Of a stretch of DNA of 64,000 bases, positions 20,994 through 28,583 are shown one piece after another (within the stretch, counting starts at the first letter, position 1; the number at the start of each line of letters is the position of its first letter). The position numbers and the translations under genes are program-made. Below the pieces are notes generated by a model. The model made no database searches. It worked only from the letters and a program-made list of their open reading frames with translations, and was not told the origin of the DNA. This stretch comes from Acidimicrobiia bacterium (lineage in GTDB: Bacteria > Actinomycetota > Acidimicrobiia > IMCC26256 > JAMXLJ01), in NCBI GenBank assembly GCA_024281095.1, contig JAMXLJ010000081.1:1361-65360 (forward strand). Reading direction: 5' to 3'.

Positions 20994-23789
20994 GTGAAGC
21001 GCAGGCGCATTCGGCTCGGAATCGTGATCGGGACGGTGTTCGTGGTGGCGGCATCCGTCGCCACCGCGGCCGGCGCGAACCCCGGCGCCTCGAACCGGGG
21101 TCGGATCGGCCCGGCGCTCCGAATCACGCCGAACGGACGGCGCCTGTCCCCCGTCGGGCGTACGACACAGCTCGGTGACCTGCCGACCGGCGGCGCGCTC
21201 ACCCGCGACGGTCGCTTCTACTGGGCCGTCGACTCCGGGCACGGCCACAACGACGTGCGCGTCGTCGACGTCGCGTCGGGCGAAGTGGCGCAGGTGCTGC
21301 CGCTTCCCGGCGCCTACGGCGGCATCGCCTTCAGTCCCGACGGCGGGACCGCCTACATCTCCGGCGAGCCGCGCGGCAACATCACACCGGTAGGTCCGAC
21401 GCTCGCCGACAAGGGCGACGCGGTGCACGTGTTCCGCGTCGACCAGAGCACCGGTCGCGGCACGGAACAGGACCCGATCCCGCTGCCATCCGCGAGCGGT
21501 GGTCACCTCGCGTGGCCCGAAGGGCTGCGCGTCACTCCCGACGGACGCACCCTGCTCGTCGCGCTGAACCAGGCGAACAACGTCGCGATCGTCGACCTCA
21601 CAACACCCGCGCACGCCACCCGCGTGGTGCCGGTGGGCAAGTTCCCGTACGACGTGGCCGCAAGCGTCGACAGCCGCACGGCGTACGTCAGCAACGAGCT
21701 CGACGGCACGATCTCGGTCGTCGACGTCGCCGCCGGACGCGTCACGGCCACGATCGGTGTCGGAGGTTCGCGAGGCAACCTCGAGGCCCATCCCGAAGGT
21801 CTCCTCGTCGACCCGCACCGGCCACTGCTGTACGTCGCGGTCACCAACCGCGACTTCGTCGCGGTGATCGACACGACGACCCGCGCCGTGCAGCGCTACG
21901 TGTCCGTCGGACGCCCCGAAGCGATCGGCACCGCACCCGTGGCGCTCGCCGAGAGCCCCGACGGCGGCACGCTGTACGTGGCCGACAGCGGCGAGGACGC
22001 GGTCGCGGCGATCTCCCTCAGCGCGCGCCCGCAGCACGGGCGCGCCGCGCCCGGCGCCATCCGTGGGCTCGGCGCGTTCGAGCTCATCGGCCGGCTGCCC
22101 ACCGCGGCGTACACGTCCTCTGTCGCGGTCACGCCCGACGGCGAAGACCTCGTGTGGCTCGCGGCGAAGGGCTTCGGCGCCGGCCCCAACCCCGACTACG
22201 GCGTCAACTTCGCCCACAGCGAGGCCGCGCCCTACGGCAGCTACGTGATCGACAAGCTGCTCGGGTCGCTCGGCGTGCTGGACCGCCCCACCGACCGCCG
22301 GATCCGTGCACTCACGGAACGCGCCGACGAGCAGGTGCGGCCGGCGAACTGGCGCCCCGCGCCGGACAGGACGGTGGTGCAGGCGCCGGGCGGCGGCCCG
22401 AGCGCACAGATCAAGCACGTCTTCTACATCGTGCGCGAGAACCGCACCTACGACCAGATCTTCGGTTCCGACGCTCGCGGCGACGGTGATCCGAAGCTCG
22501 AGGTGCTCGACGACAACGGGCGACCCGGCCCCGCCGGCGGTGTCACACCGAACGCACACGCGCTCGCGCGCCGCTTTCCGCTGCTCGACCACTTCTACGC
22601 GGACAGTGAAGTCAGCGTCGACGGGCACGTGATCACCTCGAGCTCGTACGCGATCGACTTCGTGCAAAAGGCGCTGCACGCGGACTATTCCGGCCGTGGC
22701 CGCACGGACAACGCCGGCCAGACCCCGGAGACGTTCCCGCCGAACTACGCCGTGTTCGACCAGGCGACGCGCCAGAACGTCTCGTTCACGAATTTCGGCG
22801 AGTTCTCCGCCGGTCTGGGCAACGACGGCCGCCCCACATACGCCAACGTCAACAAGAACCAGGACTTCGGGTACCCGTTCCACTTCGGCTGCGACGGCAC
22901 GTTCCCGAACTTCGCCTGCAGCACCGACTCCGGGCATCCGGGACAGCCCGGCGATCCCGGCACGAGCCGGTACGACCACTTCCAACAACGCTTCGACCAG
23001 TGGGTCGCGGGCGGCGTCGACCGGGTGCCGTCGTTCGTGTACCTCACACTGCCCAACGACCACACCAACGGCGCCGCGCGGGGCAAGCCGACGCCGAAGG
23101 CGTTGGTGGCCGACAACGACCTGGGTCTCGGCCAGATCGTGCAGCTCATCAGCCACTCGCCGGTGTGGCACGACAGCGCGATCTTCGTGCTCGAGGACGA
23201 CTCGCAGGACGGCGCCGACCACGTCGACGCGCACCGGATGCCCGCCTTCGTGATCTCGCCGTACAGCCAGCGAGGCGCGGTCGTGCACACGCGTTACGAC
23301 CAGTACAGCGCGCTGCGAACCGCGGAGATGATGCTCGGGCTGCGCCCACTGTCGTTGTTCGACGGGCTCGCGACACCGATGTACGACGCGTTCACGTCGA
23401 CGCCCGACTTCACGCCGTACGACGCGATCACACCGCAGCAGCCGCTCGACGAGCGCAACCCCGTGCAGACTGCAGCGGCGTCCGTATCGGTGGCAGCGCT
23501 GCCGGGGCTCGACCGCGGCCGCCCGTCCACGACCGCGGGCGTCCAGGCCCAGGCGCTGGCCGCCGACCTGCCGTTCGACCACGTCGACCTCGTCCCGCAG
23601 GAACTGTCGGACCAGGTGCTGTGGCACACGGTCTACGGATGGGACTCGACGCCGCCGAGCCCGGGCCCGGGCGCGTCAGCCGCGGAGCACGCCCGCGCGT
23701 TGCTCGCGCTGGACACGTGGCGGAGCCGGGGCGACATCGGCGCCGCGCTCGCCGGCGCCGCCCCGGCGGTCACCGCGGACGGCGACTGA
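20994..23789 (+). CDS. fusion of a YVTN/YncE-type beta-propeller with a phosphoesterase (phospholipase C-type) domain
   Basis: The N-terminal half has repeated YVSNELDGTISVVDV / LYVAVTNRDFVAVID-type blades. The C-terminal half carries HVFYIVRENRTYDQIFG and AIFVLEDDSQDGADHVDAHR. The GTG at 20994 follows AGGGGGA and is followed by a signal peptide. The ORF upstream to 19671 overlaps the previous gene out of frame. Confidence 0.85.
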   Translation: MKRRRIRLGIVIGTVFVVAASVATAAGANPGASNRGRIGPALRITPNGRRLSPVGRTTQLGDLPTGGALTRDGRFYWAVDSGHGHNDVRVVDVASGEVAQVLPLPGAYGGIAFSPDGGTAYISGEPRGNITPVGPTLADKGDAVHVFRVDQSTGRGTEQDPIPLPSASGGHLAWPEGLRVTPDGRTLLVALNQANNVAIVDLTTPAHATRVVPVGKFPYDVAASVDSRTAYVSNELDGTISVVDVAAGRVTATIGVGGSRGNLEAHPEGLLVDPHRPLLYVAVTNRDFVAVIDTTTRAVQRYVSVGRPEAIGTAPVALAESPDGGTLYVADSGEDAVAAISLSARPQHGRAAPGAIRGLGAFELIGRLPTAAYTSSVAVTPDGEDLVWLAAKGFGAGPNPDYGVNFAHSEAAPYGSYVIDKLLGSLGVLDRPTDRRIRALTERADEQVRPANWRPAPDRTVVQAPGGGPSAQIKHVFYIVRENRTYDQIFGSDARGDGDPKLEVLDDNGRPGPAGGVTPNAHALARRFPLLDHFYADSEVSVDGHVITSSSYAIDFVQKALHADYSGRGRTDNAGQTPETFPPNYAVFDQATRQNVSFTNFGEFSAGLGNDGRPTYANVNKNQDFGYPFHFGCDGTFPNFACSTDSGHPGQPGDPGTSRYDHFQQRFDQWVAGGVDRVPSFVYLTLPNDHTNGAARGKPTPKALVADNDLGLGQIVQLISHSPVWHDSAIFVLEDDSQDGADHVDAHRMPAFVISPYSQRGAVVHTRYDQYSALRTAEMMLGLRPLSLFDGLATPMYDAFTSTPDFTPYDAITPQQPLDERNPVQTAAASVSVAALPGLDRGRPSTTAGVQAQALAADLPFDHVDLVPQELSDQVLWHTVYGWDSTPPSPGPGASAAEHARALLALDTWRSRGDIGAALAGAAPAVTADGD

Positions 23790-23847
23790 ACCGCTCGCGC
23801 CACGGCACAGGAGGTCCGCCCGCCCGGGCGCACGGCACTGTGACAAC

Positions 23848-26310
23848 GTGGAGCGCGTGACGCTCGAACGCACACGGAGCGCGGGCACGACGACCTCCGC
23901 GGAAGCGTCACACGGTCTTCGCGACCGGCTGCGCACGTGGCGGGAGGAGTCGTTCGGCCCTGCATCGGAGCGACCGTTCCGGCGCCGGCCCGTCGACGCG
24001 CTCCGGCTCGTGCTCGCCACGGCTGCGTTGATCCTTCTGTCGTTGCACGCCAACACCGTGCCGCGCGGCGAGCAGGGCCTGTTCACGTACTTCAACTCCC
24101 TGCCCGAAGGGCTGCTCCCGCTGTTCCGCGGCCTGTACGCCGGGGGCACGCTGTGGGCGGTCGGGCTCGTGGTGCTGGCCGCCGTCGCGGGACGCCGTCT
24201 GCGCCTCGCGCTCGCGATGTTCCTCAGCGGTGCAGCGGCCTGGGCCGCGGCCCGCATCATCGGCCAGATCGTCGTGCTCGACGAGTCGTTGCGCCGGAGC
24301 CTGCACGTCGTCACGCGTCTCTCGGGCACCACACCGCACTTCCCGGCTGCCCGCGTCGCGATCGTCGCCGCCATCCTCGCCGCGGCCTCGCCGTACCTCA
24401 CCCGGCCGACACGCCGGATCGGCGGCGTGTTGATCGTCGGGCTCGGCCTGGCGGCGATGTACCTGGGAAGCGCGTATCCGCGTGACGTGATCGCCGGCGC
24501 GATCCTCGGTTGGGGGGTCGCGGCCGCCGTCGCGTTGATCTTCGGTTCACCGGGCGGCCGGCCGACGGTACGGCAAGTCACCGCGTCACTGCGGCAGATG
24601 GGACTGGACGTGTCCGGGCTGCACCTCGCGACCGCCCAGCCGTCCGGCTGGACGTTGCTGTTCGCGCACGACGAGCGCGGGCCGTTGCGCGTCCGGGTCA
24701 TGGGACGCGACGACACCGACGCGCAGCTCCTGGCGAAGATCGTCCGCGTCATCCTCTACAAGGACTCGGGGCCGCCGATCACCGCGACTCGCGTCCACCA
24801 ACTGCAGCTGCAGGCGCTCTCGATGCTGCTCGCTGGCAATGCCGGCGCGCGCGTGCCCGAGGTCGTGCGGGTCGGCAAGGCCGGCCCCGGTGCTGCCCTG
24901 CTCGTGGCGCGAGCACCGGAGGGCACGCGTCTCGACCGCGCCCGCCACGACGAAATCACCGACGTTCAGCTCGACTCGTTGTGGGAACAGGTCTTGCTCC
25001 TGCACAGTGCCGGTGTCGTGCACGGGCGCTTGAACGCCGCCCACGTCGTGTTGGCGGCCGACGGCCCGGCGATCACGGGGTTCGAACGGGCCGCGCTCTC
25101 AGCCGCCTCCACCCGGCGTGCACGCGACGTCGCCGAGCTTCTCGCATCGACCGCCGCGCTCGTCGGCGACGCGCGCGCGGTAGCCGCGTGCCAACGCGTC
25201 ATGGGGGCGGATGCCATCGCCGAAGCTCTGCCCGTGTTGCAACCGGAGGCTCTGGACCGCGAGACACGCGGCGGATTCAGCGCCCGCCGGCGCGAGCTCG
25301 ACGCGCGCCTTGCCGGACTGCGGGAGCTCGCCGCGCACGCGGCCGGCGTGGATCCGCCGGCCCTTCAGGAGCTGCGCCGGATCAGCGGCACGAACTTCGC
25401 GCTCGCGATCGGCACCTTGGTCGGGATCGGTGCGCTGCTGGGCCAGCTCGGCGAGCCCGAGCCGCTCTGGCACGCACTTGGCAACGCGCAGTGGAGCTGG
25501 CTGGGTCTCTCGCTCGCGTTGTCGCTGGCGACGAACATTCCGTACGCGGTTGCGTTGATGGGCTGCGTACCGATCCGCCTGCCGCTCTGGCCGGCGACGG
25601 AGTGCCAGGTCGCGATGTCGTTCTCCAATCTCGCGATCCCTGTCGTCGGCGGCGACGCGATCCAGATCCGGTTCCTCCAGAAGCAAGGCGTCGATCTCGC
25701 GTCGGCGGTTGCGGCCGGAGGGCTCCTCAACACGGTCGGCAACACCGTGGTGCAGGTCGCCTTGTTCGCGATTGCCCTCGCGGTCACGCCCGACCGTCTC
25801 TCGTTCAGCCTGTCCAACGTCGACACCAACACGGTCGTGAAGTACTCGCTCGGCATCGTGTTCACGGTCCTCGTCGTCACGGGCGTCGTCTCCGCCGTGA
25901 GGCAACTCCGCGAGCGGTTGTTCCCGCGCATCGCACGCGCGGTCGGAACGATCTGGGCAGTGTTGCGCTCGCCCGAGCGACTCACGCTCCTCGTCACGGG
26001 GAACATCGTCGTGGCGGTGCTGTACGCATACGTTCTCGACGCCGATCTCCTCGCGTTCGGCGCCCATGTGTCGTTCTGGACGCTGCTCGCGCTGAGTATC
26101 GGTGTCGGCACCCTTGCCGCGCTCGTTCCCATCGCGGGCGGAGGAGCCGCCGTGTCGACGGTGGGCATGACCGGCGCGCTGACTTCCATCGGCGTGTCGC
26201 AACCGGTTGCCATCGCGGCGGTGCTCATCAATCAACTCGTGGTGTCGTACCTTCCCGCCCTGCCGGGATGGGTGGCCACACGCGACATGATCCGCCGCGA
26301 CTACCTCTAG
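23848..26310 (+). CDS. multidomain membrane protein: degenerate PAP2-like domain, degenerate kinase-like domain and MprF-type flippase-like (LPG-synthase TM) domain
   Basis: The N-terminal TM region aligns to PAP2 motifs but reads FPAAR where PSGH is expected, and YLGSAYPRDVIAGAILG where SR.....H...D is expected. The middle region is kinase-like, with LRVRVMG, VHGRLNAAHVVL and ITGFE. The C-terminal ~330 aa are polytopic, with LSLATNIPYAVALMG...GGDAIQIRFLQKQG. Confidence 0.75.
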   Translation: MERVTLERTRSAGTTTSAEASHGLRDRLRTWREESFGPASERPFRRRPVDALRLVLATAALILLSLHANTVPRGEQGLFTYFNSLPEGLLPLFRGLYAGGTLWAVGLVVLAAVAGRRLRLALAMFLSGAAAWAAARIIGQIVVLDESLRRSLHVVTRLSGTTPHFPAARVAIVAAILAAASPYLTRPTRRIGGVLIVGLGLAAMYLGSAYPRDVIAGAILGWGVAAAVALIFGSPGGRPTVRQVTASLRQMGLDVSGLHLATAQPSGWTLLFAHDERGPLRVRVMGRDDTDAQLLAKIVRVILYKDSGPPITATRVHQLQLQALSMLLAGNAGARVPEVVRVGKAGPGAALLVARAPEGTRLDRARHDEITDVQLDSLWEQVLLLHSAGVVHGRLNAAHVVLAADGPAITGFERAALSAASTRRARDVAELLASTAALVGDARAVAACQRVMGADAIAEALPVLQPEALDRETRGGFSARRRELDARLAGLRELAAHAAGVDPPALQELRRISGTNFALAIGTLVGIGALLGQLGEPEPLWHALGNAQWSWLGLSLALSLATNIPYAVALMGCVPIRLPLWPATECQVAMSFSNLAIPVVGGDAIQIRFLQKQGVDLASAVAAGGLLNTVGNTVVQVALFAIALAVTPDRLSFSLSNVDTNTVVKYSLGIVFTVLVVTGVVSAVRQLRERLFPRIARAVGTIWAVLRSPERLTLLVTGNIVVAVLYAYVLDADLLAFGAHVSFWTLLALSIGVGTLAALVPIAGGGAAVSTVGMTGALTSIGVSQPVAIAAVLINQLVVSYLPALPGWVATRDMIRRDYL

Positions 26311-26327
26311 AGCGCTCGACCCCGGGG

Positions 26328-26356
26328 TTGACACGGGACCTGGGGAGGCTCACAGT
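26328..26356 (+). promoter_or_regulatory. candidate sigma-70-type promoter (TTGACA, 17 nt spacer, CACAGT)
   Basis: The hexamers and spacing are read directly from the sequence. It lies about 200 nt upstream of the 26557 start. Confidence 0.3.
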
Positions 26357-26556
26357 CGTCCGTAGTACCGGCGGGATGGAGATGCTCCAGCACGGCTTCA
26401 TCATGAAGCCCTGCGGCGCCAGGTTGGCGTGCACATCTCATGGGCGGTGTCGCGGGTTCCGGTGACAGCCGTCGTCCGCTGCTTTCGACGCGCGCTCGCG
26501 GACCGACCCGGTGCTGCGCGCGAGCGCGTCCTTGTCATCGGACAGAGGGGTGGGAG

Positions 26557-27207
26557 ATGCGAGTCATTCATGCAACGGTCAGCCGTGTGAAGCCGGGCCG
26601 TCAGAACGACGCGGTGGGGATGGCGGTCGAGGCCGGGAAGCTGCTGACGCGGCACGGCGCCGAGACGTGCCGGCTGTTCGTCGCCGGTCCGGCGGGCGAA
26701 GCGAGCGGGACGCAGGTCCTGGTAGCCGAGTTCGCGAGCAGCGAGGCCTGGGGAATCTGGTCGGACGAGCTGGAGAAGGACCACGAGACCGAGCTCCTCA
26801 TGGAGCGCGTCAGCCGTGAGGACAGCCCGGTGGTGATCGAGTCGCAGGGCCTCGGGGCCCAGCTCCTGGACCGTCCCACTGACAAGCGGGGCCGGATCGT
26901 CGAGGCGTACATGTCGAGAGTGACTCCCGGTCGGCTCGAGGACGCGATGGGACTCGCCAACGACGTCTTCGAGTTCGTCGAGACGAATGGCGCGGTCAAC
27001 GGGCAGTTGATGGTGCAGATGCTTGCCGGCTCGCAGACCGACCTGCTGCTCGCCACGTGGGAGCTCCCGGACATGCGCACGCTCGGCCGGATCGGCGACC
27101 TGTACATGTCCGACGCGAAGGGTCTGGAGATCATGGCCCGGGTCACGGGCGCCGACAGCCCGATCACCACCGTGTCGAGCGGGGTCTACACCGAGATCCC
27201 GATCTAG
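26557..27207 (+). CDS. hypothetical protein with two tandem ~105-aa ferredoxin-like (Dabb/ABM-like) halves
   Basis: Internal duplication: RVIHATVSRVKPGRQNDAVGMA... aligns with RIVEAYMSRVTPGRLEDAMGLA..., and ...REDSPVVIESQG with ...GADSPITTVSSG. The ATG follows GGGTGGGAG. Confidence 0.65.
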   Translation: MRVIHATVSRVKPGRQNDAVGMAVEAGKLLTRHGAETCRLFVAGPAGEASGTQVLVAEFASSEAWGIWSDELEKDHETELLMERVSREDSPVVIESQGLGAQLLDRPTDKRGRIVEAYMSRVTPGRLEDAMGLANDVFEFVETNGAVNGQLMVQMLAGSQTDLLLATWELPDMRTLGRIGDLYMSDAKGLEIMARVTGADSPITTVSSGVYTEIPI

Positions 27208-27277
27208 CGACGAGCACTCGGGGTTCAACGCGGCAGCGAGTGCCGGACACCGGCGCTCGCTGTCGCGTGGCCTCGGC

Positions 27278-28495
27278 TCAGCGTCGCGCGAGAAACGCGT
27301 CGACGGTCTCGCACATGAACGCGACGCCGTCGTCGTCGATCGCGTGGTTCATCGGCAGGATCAGCCCCGTCTCCATCACGCGGTCTGCGTTCGCAAGGCC
27401 GCTCGGCGCGATCCGGTGGGCGATCCTGCGGAACGCGGGCTGCCGCGTCGCGTTCCCCGTCCATACCATGCGCGTGTCGACGCCGTGCGACTCCATGTGC
27501 TGCTGGAGCTCGGCCCGTCGGATGCCCGACTCCGGCTTGATCATGATCGGGAACATGTGCCACGCGGTGTCGACATGAGGCGTGGTGCGCGGGAGCACGA
27601 AGGCGTCGGGGTGCCGGCCGAAGTGCGCGGCGAGCAGCTCGAAATTGCGCTTCCGGCGGGCGAGATTGTCGGCCAGCTTCTCCATCTGCACGACCCCGAA
27701 CGCGGCGGAGAGCTCCGACGGCTCGAAGTTCCAACCAAGCTCGTCGAAGATGAAGAGGTCGTCGTACTCCAAGCCGTCGATCTCCGAGAAGAAGCGCGTC
27801 TCACCCTTGCGCGACCCGAAGAACTTCACCTCGCTGCGCCGCCCCCAGCGTCGAAGCAAGAGTGCCCGGTCGACGAGGTCGTCCCGGTCGAGGCAGATCA
27901 TTCCGCCCGTGCCGGCGGCGGTGATGATGTGGGACAGCGCGAAGCTCGTCAGCGAGATGTCCGCACGCGTGCCCGTGGGTGTGCCGCGCAACGTCGCGCC
28001 GAGACAGTCGCAGCTGTCCTCGACCACCGACAGCGAGTGCCGGTCGGCGATCTCGCGGATCCGATCCCAATCAGGACAGTTGCCGATCAGGTTCGGCGCG
28101 AGGATGGCCCGGGTCCGCGGCCCGACCGCGCCCTCGATCTGCTCGACGTCGATCTGATAGGTGTCCACCTCGACATCGACGAAGACGGGTACCAGCGCGG
28201 CCCGCACCAGTGGCGCGATGTCGGTGGAGAACGTCACCGCGGACGTGATCACCTCGTCCCCGGGAGCCAAGTCGAGGAGCTCGACCGCGAGGTACAGCGC
28301 AGACGATCCCGAGTTGCACATCACCCCGCGTCGCTTGCCGAACGTCGCCGCGACCAGACGTTCGAGCTCGCGCACGTGCTTACCGATCCGCAGCGCAGTC
28401 GCGCCGCCGCGCAACACCGACACGACGGCCTCGATCTCGCCCTCGTCGTGGACGCTCCCCGCGTACTCGATGCGCCGCACGCCGCGAACCTCCAC
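27278..28495 (-). CDS. DegT/DnrJ/EryC1/StrS-family PLP-dependent sugar aminotransferase/dehydratase (RfbH-like)
   Basis: Contains NSGSSALYLAVELL, FSTDIAPL and SFALSHIITAAGTGGM, the last being the PLP-Lys region replaced by His as in RfbH/E1-type enzymes. Length is 405 aa. Confidence 0.88.
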   Translation of the reverse strand: MEVRGVRRIEYAGSVHDEGEIEAVVSVLRGGATALRIGKHVRELERLVAATFGKRRGVMCNSGSSALYLAVELLDLAPGDEVITSAVTFSTDIAPLVRAALVPVFVDVEVDTYQIDVEQIEGAVGPRTRAILAPNLIGNCPDWDRIREIADRHSLSVVEDSCDCLGATLRGTPTGTRADISLTSFALSHIITAAGTGGMICLDRDDLVDRALLLRRWGRRSEVKFFGSRKGETRFFSEIDGLEYDDLFIFDELGWNFEPSELSAAFGVVQMEKLADNLARRKRNFELLAAHFGRHPDAFVLPRTTPHVDTAWHMFPIMIKPESGIRRAELQQHMESHGVDTRMVWTGNATRQPAFRRIAHRIAPSGLANADRVMETGLILPMNHAIDDDGVAFMCETVDAFLARR

Positions 28496-28503
28496 AAGCC
28501 GGA

Positions 28504-28544
28504 CTTGACTGAATCAAGCTAGGTCGCGAGCTTGACTGAGTCAA
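28504..28544. promoter_or_regulatory. twin palindromic sites (CTTGACTGAATCAAG and CTTGACTGAGTCAAC) in a divergent promoter region
   Basis: Site 2 contains a perfect 6-1-6 palindrome, TTGACT-G-AGTCAA. Site 1 matches 5/6. Centres are 27 bp apart. On the minus strand the region reads TTGACT, 17 nt, TAGCTT. Confidence 0.55.
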
Positions 28545-28583
28545 CCCGCCTCCGCCATCGCGCCTGCCGCCTAGCGTGGGCCC

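Noticed and set aside
26401-27228. A 275-aa minus-strand ORF covering the same DNA as the 26557-27207 plus-strand gene.
   Set aside because: The plus-strand product shows a clean internal domain duplication, a ribosome-binding site and balanced composition. The minus-strand product is Arg/Pro/Gly-rich with no pattern.
27214-27262. Two overlapping 7-bp inverted repeats (GCACTCG/CGAGTGC and CAGCGAG/CTCGCTG) between convergent genes, considered as a bidirectional terminator.
   Set aside because: The stems are short, the loops are long (15-16 nt) and there is no U-tract on either strand. I did not list it as a feature.
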